This document shows, piece by piece, positions 23,855-36,955 of a stretch of 64,000 nt of DNA (position 1 is its first letter; the number at the start of each line of letters is the position of its first letter). The notes under the pieces are model-generated. The model did not search any database. It had not been told where the DNA came from and saw nothing but the letters and a program-made list of their open reading frames with translations. The translations under genes and the position numbers were made by a program. The DNA comes from Ginglymostoma cirratum (taxonomy: Eukaryota): assembly GCA_024137785.1 (NCBI GenBank), contig JAHRHZ010000029.1, positions 7,601,253 to 7,665,252 on the forward strand. The letters run 5' to 3'.

Positions 23855-24985
23855 TAGAATCATACAATGTTATAGCACAGAGGAAGGCCATTCAGTCCTT
23901 CTTGTAAATGTCAGCTCTCTGCAAAAACATCTTAACTCTTATTGCTGTAACTCTGAAAATTCTTTCTCTTCAGATACCTATGAATTTTCTTCTTGAAAGA
24001 CAGCATTGATTCTGCATCCTCTACAGTCTTATTCAGTGCATTCGGGACTCTAACCATTCAGTAAAAGGAGTTCTCCTTATGTCGATGTTAGGTTTTATGC
24101 TATTCACTACGGGTCAGTCATAGAGACATACAGCACGGTCCAACTTGTCCATGCCAACCTAGTTTCCCAGATGGATTTTAATTTGGATAAATGTGAGGTA
24201 TTGCATTTTAGTAAGGTGAACAAGGACAGGACATATACAGTTAATGGTAGGGGCCCTGCAGAGTGTTGTTGAACAGACAAACCTAGGGGTCAGGTACACA
24301 ATTCTTTGAAAGTTGCATTACTGGCAGACAGGATGGGAAAGAAGGCATTTGGCACGCTTGCCTTCATTACTCAGACCATAGACTATAGGAGTTGGGAGGT
24401 CTTGTTGAGGTTGGACAGGACATTGGTGAGGCCACTTTTAGAGTATTGTGTTGCCCTTGTATAGGAAAGATATTATTAAATTGGAGAGGATGCAGAAAAG
24501 ATTTGCCAGAATGTTACTGGGGCTGGAGGGTTTGATTTATAAGGAGAAACTGGGACTTTTTTCACTGGAACATAGGAGTTCCAATGGTGATCTTATAGAG
24601 ATTTATAAATCATAACGAGCATAGATAAGGTGAATGGCCAGGGTCTTTTCCCCAAGGTGAGGGGGTTCAAAACTGGGTTGCATATTTTTATGGTGAGAGG
24701 GAAAAGATTTAAAAGGAACCTGAGGATGGTTTGTATGTGGAATGAACTGCCATAGGAAGTGACAGATGCAGGGACCGTTATAATATTTAAAAGACATTTG
24801 GAAAAGTACGTGAATAGGAAAGGTTTGGAGGGATATGGGCCAAACACAGGAAAATGGGACTAGTTCCCTCTGCTTCTCAATCCTTCTGCCGATGAAGCAG
24901 TTTTTTCTCTATATATACTGTTTAGATTCCTCAAGATTTTGAAAGTTTCTATCAAATCGCCTCTGAATCTTGTCTTCTCTAGATC
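23855..24985 (-). mobile_element. Older CR1 3' fragment split by a younger CR1 (24115-24865)
   Basis: Tail ATAGAATCATACA..CACAGAGGAAGGCCATTCAG; resumes at 24866 with CCCTCTGCTTCTCAATCCTTCTGCC...ATCAAATCGCCTCTGAATCTT. Confidence 0.65.
24115..24865. mobile_element. CR1 insertion with internal inversion (tail on minus 24115-24169, body on plus 24170-24865)
   Basis: Body: GATAAATGTGAGGTATTGCATTTT (KCEVLHF) ... GGCCACTTTTAGAGTATTGTG ... ending GGGACTAGTT; the tail that normally follows lies inverted at the left. Confidence 0.8.
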
Positions 24986-27640
24986 ACATGATCATTAAAA
25001 AAATCAAAGCAGGACTACGCCATTCAACCCATCGAGTCTGCTCCTCCATTCAATAATTTTGTGGCTGCTCTGATTCTTTAATTCCACTTTTTCACCTAGC
25101 CCCCTAACCCTAAGCTCCCTTGCCAATCGAAAATCTGTATAATTCAGCTTTGAATACATTCACTGAACCAGTCCTCCACCGCTCTCTATAGAAGAGAGTC
25201 CAAAGGCCCATTCAGGAAATAAATTCTTCCTCATATCCACCATAAATGGGACATTTATGGATTTCTCTGAATTTTGGAGGACGGGTGCAGGTTCGAGAGA
25301 CTGAATGGCCTCTTTCTGCACTGTAGGATGCTATGATTCTATGATGGCGGCACTACGCACTGCCAGCTGGTCACAAGTTGCCACCTGGGTCTGTGTATAG
25401 TCAGCAGTCCGGAGAAACGCCCACCATTGCAAGAATAAGTGAATGACCCTGAGCATTAAGAGAGCAAGTGAGAAGCCCTAAGATCTACCCCTGTCCCATC
25501 CATGAAATGAAGACCTGTCGCTGTGTGTAAAGCGTTCTGGCAGCAGCATTGCAAAGCCAGAGTACAATAAACAGCAGTATTGAAACTGAGTGTGAGAGAG
25601 ACTTAGATTTTATTGTCATGGGTAGTGAAGTACAGAAGTACAGGAGTACAGTGAAAAGTGTACAACATCATCATACACGGCACCACCTTAGGTACAAAAA
25701 ACTTAGGTACAAAGTAGTATAAGAGAGAAACAAAGTTAACAAGTTAAGCATTACAGACCATCATTCTGTAAGTAGAAAATAAAGAAACAAGGTACTAGTT
25801 AACATTAAAGTTCTTCTTAACATAAATTAGAAAAATGAAGGAATAAGTAAAAATTCTACAGTTTTTCTTCAGTACTTCGCCATAATAGAGCCCCAATCGC
25901 CTCTGCTTAGCTCACTCTCTGGGAGACCTTAGGCTGTCTGTTCCCACTGCCACTGCAGATACCAGGGTCCTCCCTCACCACTCACTCTTCCCATGATGCA
26001 CCATGTTTTCCTTTACTTATTGCAAAAATATACTTTATTCATCGAAGGAAATCTTTATGTACATACACAGTTAATGCAGCCATTCCAATCTGTACTGTCA
26101 TTACTTACAGAGTACAAAATAAAACATTGGCGTTCGTCTTTCTCTATATTTACAACTAACCTCTTGGCATTTAGCTGAGGCATCAGCAGGGTCTGCTTAC
26201 TGAATGGATTCCCCATTAAGCTTTGGCAGAAGGACCTTCCATGGTGGTCTTTCCCCACTGCACCTTGATGGCGGCTGCCCCAAGCTTTAGTGTGTCCCTC
26301 AGCACGTTGTCCTGGACCTTAGAAAGTGTCAGACTGCAACACTCATTCAGGGTCAACTCTTTCAACTGGAAGACCAGCACGTTTCGGTCAGACCAAAGTG
26401 CATCTTTCAACGTGTTGATGGTCCTGCAGGCACGGCTGATGTTTGTCTCGGTATACATCCCGAGGAACAGACAGTAGAGCACAGAGTCCTGCATCACAGA
26501 GCTGCTCGATCGTACCTCAACAAAAACCATTGCATCTTCCTCCAGGCTTCCTTTGCACATTTCAGAAGGAGGTGTGTGACAGCCTCGTCCCCTCCACAGC
26601 CGCTTCGAGGGCAGGGTGCAGTGGCGCAGAGAGTCTGGGCATGCATTATGGATCTCATAGGCAGAGCCCTTCTCACCACCAGCCACGCTATGTCCTGGTG
26701 CTTTTTGGAAAGTTCTGATGATGAGGCATTCTGCCAAATGACTTTGGCAGTCTGCACAGGGAGCCACTCGACAGGATCCATCCTCTCCTTTTCCTGAAGG
26801 GTCTCGAGGACACTGCATGTTGACCACAGCCTGATGGGCTTGTGGTTAAAGGTGCTTTTCTTCACAAATTTCTCCACGAAGGACAGGTGGCACGGAACGG
26901 TCCAACTGCTTGAAGCCTTCCATAGCAATGAGGCCAAGCCTATCCTTCGCAACACCAGGGACAGGTAGAACCTCAGAAAGTAATGACACTTGGTGTTTAC
27001 GTACTGAGGATCTACACCACACACAAAGGTGGCCATCAGGGTGAGGGTAGCGTTGGGTATGTTTTCTCCCCTTTGTCCAGTTTCTTATACATAATGTCCC
27101 TTTGAACTTAGTCCATCTTCCACCTCCAAATGAAGTGGAAGGCGGCTTGGGTGACTGCAGCGGCGCAGGTTTGGGGCATAGGCCAGACCTGTGCCACATA
27201 CAACAACACTGAGAGTACCTCACACCTGATGGCCAGGTTTTCTCCCCCGCAATGGAGAGGGACCGACATTCCCATCTTCCTAGTTACTACCTCGCTTTGG
27301 TGACACTTGCTCTCAAGTTTTGGTGCATTCCCCAGCCCTTCCGAACCAAATTCCCAGCACCTTCAGTAGTCTGCCCTGACAGTAAAGGGAATGAAGGATC
27401 GGTCAGCCCAGTTCCCAAAGAACATGGCCTTGCTCTTGCCCCTATTGACTTTGGCACCCAAGGCCAATTCAAACTGACTGCAGATGCCCGAGCAGAAAAC
27501 GGCGACATCGTCCATGTACGGGGAGGCTTTGACACACAGGCTTCTTCTGCCTGGAAGAGTTACCCCTCTTCAGGCTCGCATCCTTCCTGATGGAATCAGG
27601 ATAAGGCTTTATGCAACATAAAAACAAGGCAGGAGAGAGT

Positions 27641-27746
27641 AGAGATAAAAGGTACTGCAGATGCTGGAGAATCCGAGATAACAAGCATAGGGTTGGATGA
27701 ACACAGCAGGTCAAGCAGCATCATAGGAGCAGGAAAACTTGACGTT
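27641..27746 (-). mobile_element. PLE terminus (copy D, long end) inserted in Tx1 RT, running into the gap
   Basis: AGAGATAAAAGGTACTGCAGATGCTGGAGAATCC... is the near-exact reverse complement of 685-790. Confidence 0.88.
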
Positions 27747-28146
27747 NNNNNNNNNNNNNNNNNNNNNNNNNNNNNNNNNNNNNNNNNNNNNNNNNNNNNN
27801 NNNNNNNNNNNNNNNNNNNNNNNNNNNNNNNNNNNNNNNNNNNNNNNNNNNNNNNNNNNNNNNNNNNNNNNNNNNNNNNNNNNNNNNNNNNNNNNNNNNN
27901 NNNNNNNNNNNNNNNNNNNNNNNNNNNNNNNNNNNNNNNNNNNNNNNNNNNNNNNNNNNNNNNNNNNNNNNNNNNNNNNNNNNNNNNNNNNNNNNNNNNN
28001 NNNNNNNNNNNNNNNNNNNNNNNNNNNNNNNNNNNNNNNNNNNNNNNNNNNNNNNNNNNNNNNNNNNNNNNNNNNNNNNNNNNNNNNNNNNNNNNNNNNN
28101 NNNNNNNNNNNNNNNNNNNNNNNNNNNNNNNNNNNNNNNNNNNNNN
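27747..28146. other. Assembly gap (400 N)
   Basis: Run of N. Confidence 1.
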
Positions 28147-28711
28147 GGATCTGATTGGGAAGCTTTCTGATTCCCACCCTTTGGTTGAGAGTGCACTAAC
28201 AATGTTGGTGTAGACCAGTCGAATCCAATTGCAGATTCCCTCCCCAGGCCTAATTTGGAGAGAACATCCCACATTTACGTGTGTGATATCCTGTTGGAGG
28301 CCTTCTCCTGGTTCAGGACGATGACGCAGATGTCCACCCCGCTGTCCTGCACGTAGACGATTGTATATCTGAGGAGCATGAAGCTCTCCTGCCCGATACG
28401 GCACAGGTTTGGTCAGGGTGATTTCCCGATCCCCGAGCAGACCTAACACAGTTAGCAATGACCTTAGACAGGATTTTGTAGTCTGCATTCAGCAGCGAAA
28501 TTGGTCACCAATTTTCTAAGTTCCTCCCTCTCCCCCTTCTGCTTGTAGATGAGTGTGATGATACTTTTCCTCATGGATTCGCTCATGGTACCTGCCAGAA
28601 GCATGCTGTCATACACCTCCAGCAGGATCTGGCCAATCAAATTCCACAGAGCGGAATGCAACCCAGGAAGCCATCACTTCCACGAGTTTTATTCTTTTCA
28701 AAGGACTCGAG

Positions 28712-28768
28712 GGGTGTGGACTTGTTGGGCTGAATGGCCTGTTTCCACACTGTAGGGACTCTATGATA
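28712..28768 (+). mobile_element. HE1/CR1 3' tail fragment inserted in Tx1 ORF2
   Basis: GGTGTGGACTTGTTGGGCTGAATGGCCTGTTTCCACACTGTAGGGACTCTATGA matches the end of 17584-17922. Confidence 0.8.
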
Positions 28769-31700
28769 ATGATGACTTTGGTCAGCTCGTCCAAAGATAG
28801 CAGCTGGTCCAGCTTCTCCCATGTGCTGTCATCTAAGACCTCTGTGATAGAGGACAGGGACGACAAGGAAGCCGTGCCGTCTATGGGCTTTGTGTCATAT
28901 AGTCTGACATAAAAGGGTTTACTGATCCTCGGGATATCAGACTGAGATGGTGTTACTGAGCCAGCTTCATCCTTCAGGCTGCTGAACATTGAGCTCTCCC
29001 TGCGCACCTTCTGGAAGAAGAACCAAGAGCATGTTTCATCCTGCACCACAGGGCGGACCCTGGGCCAGAAATATTATCATGGAGGCCTCTGAGGAAAAGA
29101 ACGAGGCCTGCGGGGTCATCACCTCCTGGGGATCCTCTGTGACATCGACCCCTTTCGTCTACAGTAGAAGCTGGTTCTGCATCCTTTTCTGAAGTTGTGA
29201 CAGTTTTCCCCACCTCTCTCTCGCCTTCTGAACACCTTTGAGGATGAAGAACCTCTTGATGTTCCCTTTGACTATTTCCCACCAGTGCCCTGGAGACTCA
29301 AAGAGGGGTTTCACGGTTCTCTAACCTGTGTGATCCCTTTTGAGCTCCTGAATGTTTCCTAGGATCAACAGTTTCACATTTAGCTTCCATGTTGCCTTGC
29401 CAGCTTGCTGGTCATCCTGTAGGTGACAGCTGGCCAGCAGGAGACAGTGGTCAGGGAAGAACACTAGGTTGACATTGATGGATCTGACAGAGAACGCTCA
29501 GGACACAAACAGGAAATCTATCCTTGAGCTGATAGATCCGTCTGGTCGCGACCAGGTGTATCTACACTGCGCTCCATCTGCAGAGCTGCTGAAGACGTCA
29601 TGCAGCTTGGCATCTGTAACCATTTCCATCAGGAATCTGGACATGGCGTACAGTTAACTTTCGCCCACCCCCCTGCGCCAGATCTCATTTGGCCCACATA
29701 GCCTCCGCTCACCATCGAAGCGTATGTGGGTGGTCACTGTCCGTGGAGTATAACTTGGGTCATTGATGATTACTGTCCAGGATGGAGGACTGGAGGAACA
29801 AATACCCACTCACACTTTCATGTGGGGAATTGTTATTATCTAGTTTCTCTCCAGAGCATGGGAAAATAAAAACTGCACATCAATGACGTGAGGTTAGGTA
29901 CTAATGGCACGGAAATGCGAGCAAATAGACCTCTCACCAGCACGATTCATGTCTCATTTCAAAACCAGTCGCAGAATCGGACTTTATTTTCCCTCACCGT
30001 CAAGAATTTCAAGAATCTCTAGTTTCACTATATTTTCCAAACTGATTCATCATCACCCACATCATTCAGAGGCTGGAGAGGTTCTATCCTCAATTTCTAC
30101 AAACCCAGGAAGACTCCACATCCTTTAATAAACCAAGTTCATAAACTATTCATGTGAATGACCAGAAAGCTTTTACTTTTCTTGATGACCAAAACCAAGC
30201 AAATGTTATTCAAGCGTGGTGACTGCGCACAAACCTTATCAGAATATGTGTTGTCTTAACACAACTCTACAAGGCAGGTGCAAAAAAAATCCACCAGTAG
30301 TTGCAAGTTTAGCTATATTCTCCAAAAGTACAGTTTCCATGAAATTGGAAGCCGGGTGGGCTCTGGAAGGTGCCATTCGATTTTTGATGAGTAAAATATG
30401 GGATGTAAAAATGCATTCATCCCATAAGGGAACTGAGCACGTTGACACACACAGAAGGAAATACTTCCATTATCATTCCATTTGCAAGATTTCACTTCAA
30501 TAGGCTGCCATCTGCAATCACCTCAAGTCTAGCGATTTTTTAATGCTCAACGCTCAATACTTTACAAAGTATTGAATGAGTCAAAAGTCCCATGGATGGC
30601 ACATTGATAGAGGGGAGATAGTTATGGAGGATGACTGGTGGGAAGGGTGGAGGGGTTGGCGGTCTGCGCCAAATGCTTCCTCTTAATGCCGGGCAGTTTA
30701 TTTTTGAGGGCACCTCTTGAGGCCTACCCTTGTGGGGTAGTTTATTCTTTTTATTTTTATTCTTAATGACTCTTTTATTAATTAATGCAGCCACATTACT
30801 TTCTGTTAATATATGGGGCGTTTGAAATCTCTGCAGCAGAAGAGAAGAACTAATCAATGTCCTCAATACTTATCAACATTCCCTCCCCCACTAAATTTAA
30901 AGCTACACATCAAATTAAACCATTAATTTACTAGAGATTGTGAATGGCACAAGTCAAAAAGCATAAGTTTTACTTTAAATAACTGACAGGCCCTTCTAAA
31001 CACAAAAGCTGTTGCTTTGAAACACACGTTCCATATAGAGGAATTAACAACTGATGCATTTCCATCACATTTCATTTCACAGGTATAAGCCGTACCTCTC
31101 AATTTTGAGCATTGCCACTATGGCAATGCCACAATGAATTTAATGCAACACAAACAGAAAACAAAGGCCATTAATAGCTTCCAACTCCAAAATTAGTTTA
31201 TTTGTAGGCATGGCTAACCAGTTCCTAAAATGTTTGCTTCACTTTGCAACTATGACTGACCACATGAGGCAACTCCTCAAGATAACATAAGGATGGTGTA
31301 GAGATTAACATCAGGAGGATGCTTTTCAAAATATCAAGGACATGCTGATATTCACCAATGTCCTGCTCCACTACAATCCATCCTTTTCAATTACCATAGC
31401 TGCAGATTCTTCAGCTACAGGGACAGGAGCAGTTCTCTTTCCATGGCTACCGGTTGTCTTATGGCTCCTAAGCATTTTCAAACTTAGAGAACCTGTTACA
31501 CAGTTATAGAGAAGGAAGTTGAGTTTGTCAAATGGGCATGCAAGAGATTTTCTGACTGAAACCTTGATTTAATAGTGTTCACAAAGATTGACCACAAACC
31601 TTTGGTCTCCTTATTAAATGAAAAAGACTTGGCAAGGTTGCCATCACAGATATAAATATTCCGACTCTGCCTTATGAGGCTTGCTGATGAAGCAAAATGT

Positions 31701-32450
31701 GTTTTGTGGAAGCTACGAATGATCGCGATGCTGTCTCCAGAATGACAGTTGACAGCCTTACAATGAAAGGCAAGGAAACTGGTGAATTTAATCATAGACA
31801 CAGTCTACAGTAATAAAGTGGACAGCAACCCAAAATAGGCTCAATCAAATATAAGAAAAAAAAAATGAGCCAAGATGCATTATCATTCATTGGTTTTATG
31901 ATGAAGGGTGGCCAAATAAAAGGGCCAGTGGGTTGACCGTGATGATCCAAATTGAGCATCAACAGGACTTCATAACTGTAGACAGCTTGCTGATGTTTGA
32001 TGGAAAGCCATAGTTTCCAGCTTTGCTGTGGGAAGGTATCCCAGGCAAAATACACCAGTGATCCTTCAGGATTACCAAGTTCAGAATCAGAGCTCAGTCA
32101 TCTACGTGATAGCCAGGGATCTCAAAGAAGACTGAGAGAATCATTGCCAACTGTGAAACGTGCACTAGGGGAAAGCGAGAGCAGTAAGGACCACTGACCC
32201 CTAGAACATGCTCCACTAGTTCATGGGAACACTTGGGAAGAGACCTAATTATATTTGATTTGTTTGATGACTTATTAGTTGACTATTTTTCTGATGAACT
32301 GAGATGAAAGGTCATAAACCACCATCACTGAGGCAGCTGTTAGGGTCTTGCATGAAATAATTGCCACACATGGGATCCATGATGCGATCTTGTTAAACAA
32401 TGGAGCACAATTGCTGAGTCTTTTAGACTGTTTGTTGATATTTGTTGGAC

Positions 32451-32800
32451 TTTTTTTTTTCTTTATTCATTCACAGGACTAGGGTGTCGCTGGCTAGGCA
32501 TCTCTAATTGCCCAGAGGGCAGTTGAGAGTCAACCACTTTGCTGGGGGTCTGGAGTCACACGTAGGCGAGACCAGGTAAGGATGGCAGTTTTCTTCCCAA
32601 AAGGACATTAGTGAACTAGATGGGTTTTTCCAACAATCGACAATGGATTCACAGTCATCATTAGATTGTTAATTCCAGATATTTTTTGAATTCAAGTTCC
32701 ACCATCTGCTGTGGCTGGATTCAAACCCAGGTCCCCAGAAAACTATCTGGGCCTCTGGATTAACAGTCCAGTGGTAATACCACTAGGCCATCTCCTTCCC
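32451..32800 (-). mobile_element. tRNA-derived SINE with a LINE-derived tail and poly(A)
   Basis: T-run at 32451-32460; GGATTCAAACCCAGG B-box (reverse); tail TTCATTCACAGG..GTGTCGCTGGCTAGG shared with the LINE end at 57122. Confidence 0.75.
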
Positions 32801-33250
32801 ATTGTACATATAAAAGCTTGCTAAGAAACCCGCAATTGAATTGGGAAACTGAGTGTGCGTTCAAAGTGGTGAAATCCTCCTGAAGGACTTTTATACAGCC
32901 TTCTTAAACGATCAGTCAGTCTCACTCCAGCATGGCTGATAACCATCAGAATTACCAATGGATAGAAAAGTGAAGATTTAACATCATATGACAACAAAGT
33001 GGTTGAGTTTACAGTTGATTTTATGAGACAATAAGAATGCTTGTAAGAAGAAGTAGTTTTATCAGGTGCAACAGGCTACCCGCTATAATTCACCGTATAT
33101 GATGGTTATCACACTTAAGAGTAATGGATATAGACAAAGGACCTTAACAGGAATAGCATAGCTGGTCAAGAGGCAACAGACCAGCAATGATCATATCTAT
33201 GTCCATACAGTTCAGGAGGTTTAATGAAGGAAATGCAGGAGCCTTTTCCA

Positions 33251-33962
33251 GAGTCATACAGTCATACAGCATGGAAACAGACCTTTTGGTCTAACCAATC
33301 CATGCCAACCGTGTTCCCAAACTAAAGTAGTCCCACCTGCCTGCACTTGGCCCATGTCCCTCCAAACCTTTCCTATTCATATACCAATCCAAAAATCTTT
33401 TAAACATTATAATTGTACCCGCATCCACCGATTTCTCTGGCAGTTCATTCCACACATGAACCATTACCTGTGTAAAACTGTTGCTCCCCTCCGCCACAAT
33501 TTTCATTTTTAAATCTTTCTCTTCTCACCTTAAAAATATGGCCCTTAGATTTTAACTCCCCTACCCTAGGAAAAAGGCCCTTGTCATTCACTTTATCTAT
33601 GCCCCTCATGATTTTATAAACCTCAATAAGGTTACCCCTCAACCTCCTACGCTTCAGTGAAAAAAGCTCCAGCTTTTCCAGTCGATTTTTATGTCTCAAA
33701 TATTCCATTCCAGGCAACATCCTGGTCAATCTTTTCTGAACCCTCTCCAGTGTAATAATATCCTTTCTATAACAAGGAGACCAGAACTGCACACAGTATT
33801 CCAGAAAAGGCCTCGTCAACGTCCTGTACAACCTCAAACTGATGTTCCAACTCCTATACTCAAAGAAATGAGCAATGAAGGCCAGACGACTAAATGCCTT
33901 CTTAACTATCTTGTCTCCTGTGATGCAAATTTCAAAGAAGTGTGTGTCTGAACCTCTAGGTC
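33251..33962 (-). mobile_element. CR1 LINE 3' fragment
   Basis: ORF 33445-33837 LYRTLTRPFLEYCVQFWSPCYRKDIITLERVQKRLTRMLPGM; GTCATACA tail repeats. Confidence 0.93.
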
Positions 33963-34439
33963 TTCAAGGAACAATCATCCACAATTGATTGATTGGGCCA
34001 AACCCGATGAGGAATATCATAAATATAGTCTGCAGACCATACAAGATCAAGGTCAGAAGAGTGTTCAAGATCAGAACCAAGATGAACAAACCTCAAGCTA
34101 AAGGCCTATTAATCTTCCAGGTAAAAGGGGATGCTTTCTGAAAGAACTGTGAAACTTCCAGACCACCTGGACTTGTGAAGTTGAAGATTTGGTGGGAGGA
34201 TGAGACAGTGGTGAATGCAATTATATGCATGAATGTACAAACCCTAACAATGAGAAAAAGCTTATGGCTAATGGCGTATACTGTAATGGTTCTTAAAGGG
34301 TTAATCTTGGATGTCACACAAAATGGGAGATCCATGGGAAAGGCAATAAATGTGTCATCTATTTGTACCAATAGTCTTAGTAAGAAATATCTAACTAGCG
34401 AATCTAACTTGTATCTAATTGCTATCATAGACTAAATTA

Positions 34440-36220
34440 CACCTTGTTAACAGCATCTGGCAGCATTCTTCTATCCACTAAAATCACACTCTCCTTAAGT
34501 AAAAAATAACCTAAAACCCCAAGTGTGGTCTCACCAATTCCCTGAACAGTTGTTGTAAGATGTCACTACATTTATACTGCATTCCCTAGTCCCAGCCAAT
34601 AAAGGCCAGCATTCCATATGGTTTCTTAAGTACTTGCTACATACACAAGTTAATGTTTTATGATTCATGTACAAGGTCAACCAGATATCTCTGTATAGCA
34701 CCGTTCTGCAATCTCTCATCATTTAATCATATTCCGATTTTCTATTTTTCCTGCCAAAGGGTATATCATCACACCTCCTCACATTATACTGCGTGCACCA
34801 ATTTTTTACCCCAAACTATTCTCCTAACAACTTGGTCTCCAAACTCTGTATCGTCAGCAAATTTGGCTACAATACAACCTGCCATTGCATCTAAGTAGGT
34901 AGTGCACATTGTAAATATTTGAGGCTCCAACTCCAATTGTCATGGCACTCCACGAGTTATAAAATAAGCAAGAGCCCCTTAACCTGGCTCTGTGATTCCT
35001 GTTAGTTAGCCAATCCTTTACCTATGCTAATACTTCACCCTCAACATCATGTGGCACCTTAAGAAAAGTCTTTTGAAAATCCAAACACACATCTACCTCT
35101 ATCAACCTTACTTGTTACATAGAATCATAGAGTTATACGGCATGGAAACAGACCCCTTGGTCCAACATGCTCATGCCAAGCAGATATCCTAAGCTGATCT
35201 AAACCCATTTGACAGCTTTTGGCCCATATCCCTCTAAACCCTTCCTATTCATGTACCTATCCAGATGCATTTTAAATGTTGGAATTGCACCCGCCACCAC
35301 AAAAACTTCCGGCAGCTCATTCCATACACCACACCACCCTCTGCATGAACCAGTTACACCTCAGGTCCCTTTCAAACCTTTTCCCTCTCGCCTTAAAGCT
35401 ATGCCTTCTAGTTTTGGACTCTTGTACCCTGGGAAAAAGACTTTGGCTATTCAACCTATCCATGCCCCTTGTGATCTTATAAACGTCTCTAATGTTACCC
35501 CTCAGCCTCCAACACTCTGAGGAAAATAGCCCCTGCTTATTCAGCCTCTCCCTATAACTCAAACCCTCCAGTCTCAGCAATGCCCTTGTAAATCTTTTCT
35601 GAACCCTTTCAAGTTCAACATCCTCAAAAATTTCCAGTAAATTTGTCAAACATGGTTTCCCTTTCACAAAATCAAGTTTACTTGGCGTAACTGTATCATG
35701 ATTTTCCAAATGCTCTGCTATTTTCATCTAAAATTGGACTCTAGAATTTTCTTAGTGAAAGAAGTTAGAATAGCTGGCACACAGGTTTCTGTTTTCTGTC
35801 TCTCTTTTCTTTTAATAGTGGTGCCACCTATACAGCTTTCCATTCTGCTGGGATCTTTCTAGAACTGAGGGGACTTTGGACAATTACAGCAATGTTGTAA
35901 TTATCTCTGCAACCGCTTCCGTTAAGACCTTAGCATCTAGGCCATTAGCTCCAGGGGACTTCATAGCGCCATGAGTTATCCTTGTCAATTTTTTAATCTC
36001 ATGACTGTTTGCAATAATTTGTACCCTCTCTTGGTTTTGAACTGGTGTTTTTGTGCCTTCTATTGTTAAGACAGATCCAAAATATTTTTGTACGATTTCC
36101 TAGTTACCCATTATGAATTCTCCAATACTATTTATTGAGGAACCAATGCTTACTTTAGTTACTCTCATAAGTTTAAATAGTTGGTAGAAGATTTTTCCGC
36201 CATTTTACATTGCATATTCA
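34440..36220 (-). mobile_element. Older CR1 remnant with a younger CR1 (35121-35617) nested in it
   Basis: ORF 35317-35727 is a chimera of FVKGKPCLTNLLEIFEDV (older) and ELERVQKRFTR..LSYRERL (younger); ACAT duplicated at the junctions. Confidence 0.8.
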
Positions 36221-36284
36221 TTTTCGCTCACACCGGCCATTTCCAAGAAGAGAGAATCTAACTACTTTTCCTCAACCTTCAGTC

Positions 36285-36955
36285 ATCACCAATGCTGAAG
36301 AGCCTTTGGCATCAATATCCAGAGTTACCATTGAGCAAAAACTGAACTGATGGGCCACACAACTAGCAGATCAGAGGCTGGGAATTCAGCAGTGATTGAG
36401 TGATGAGCCTCATAACTTTCAAATGCCCATCCACCATCTACAAGGCACAAGTCAAAACTGTGCTGAAATACTCTTCACTCACCTGAATGATTGTAACTTC
36501 AACATTCAATAGGGCCAACACCATATAGGACTAAGCAGCATGCTTGATTTGTAATCCATCCACCACCTTGAACATTCACTTCCTCCGCCACCCATTTACA
36601 GTGGCAGCAACGTGTATCATTTAAAAGATGCACTGCAGAAATTCACAAACTCTCCCCCAATAATACCTTTCATACCTCTGATTTTGACCACCTAGAAAGC
36701 CGAGGACAGCAGATAAATGGGAACCTGCAAGTGCCCCTCTGAGACACACCATCCTCACTTGGATCTATTTCATATTTCCCCCACTATTTCTGGATCAAAA
36801 TCCTAAAATTCCCTTCCTAACAACACTATGGTAATATCTACATCTCATGGACAGTAGCAGTTCAAGAAGGTACACTCACCTTCTCAATGACAATTGGGCT
36901 TGCCTATAAATCTGGGATAACCAGTGTTGCCTAAATCCCATGATCAAATTTAATT
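36285..36955 (+). mobile_element. Second CR1/L2-group LINE family, 3' fragment
   Basis: VTIEQKLN..ADQRLGI..STIYKAQVKTVLKYSSL; same family as 40855-41070 and 57122-58220. Confidence 0.75.

Larger units (their letters stand above)
26012..29695 (-). mobile_element. Tx1/L1-clade non-LTR retrotransposon, decayed ORF2 (APE endonuclease C-terminus, RT, Cys-rich domain)
   Basis: Reverse strand: YTWSRPDGSISSRIDFLFVS and PDHCLLL (EN, ~29440-29560); SIITLIYKQKG; LNQEKASNRISH (~28290-28320); PYMDDV (~27505-27522); CPRSGCGGDEAVTHLLLKC; AATAAA near 26035. Confidence 0.88.
31195..34200 (+). mobile_element. Second, more decayed Gypsy pol remnant interrupted by a SINE and a CR1
   Basis: GMANQFLK..HFATMTDHMRQLL, VLLHYNPS..ITIAADSSATGTGAVL, YTVIEKE...WACKRFSD, DHKPLVSL, integrase LVDYFS and ATHGIHD.IL.NNGAQ. 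Confidence 0.75.

Noticed and set aside
27596-28488. Long ORFs containing X runs
   Set aside because: Artefacts of translating the N gap
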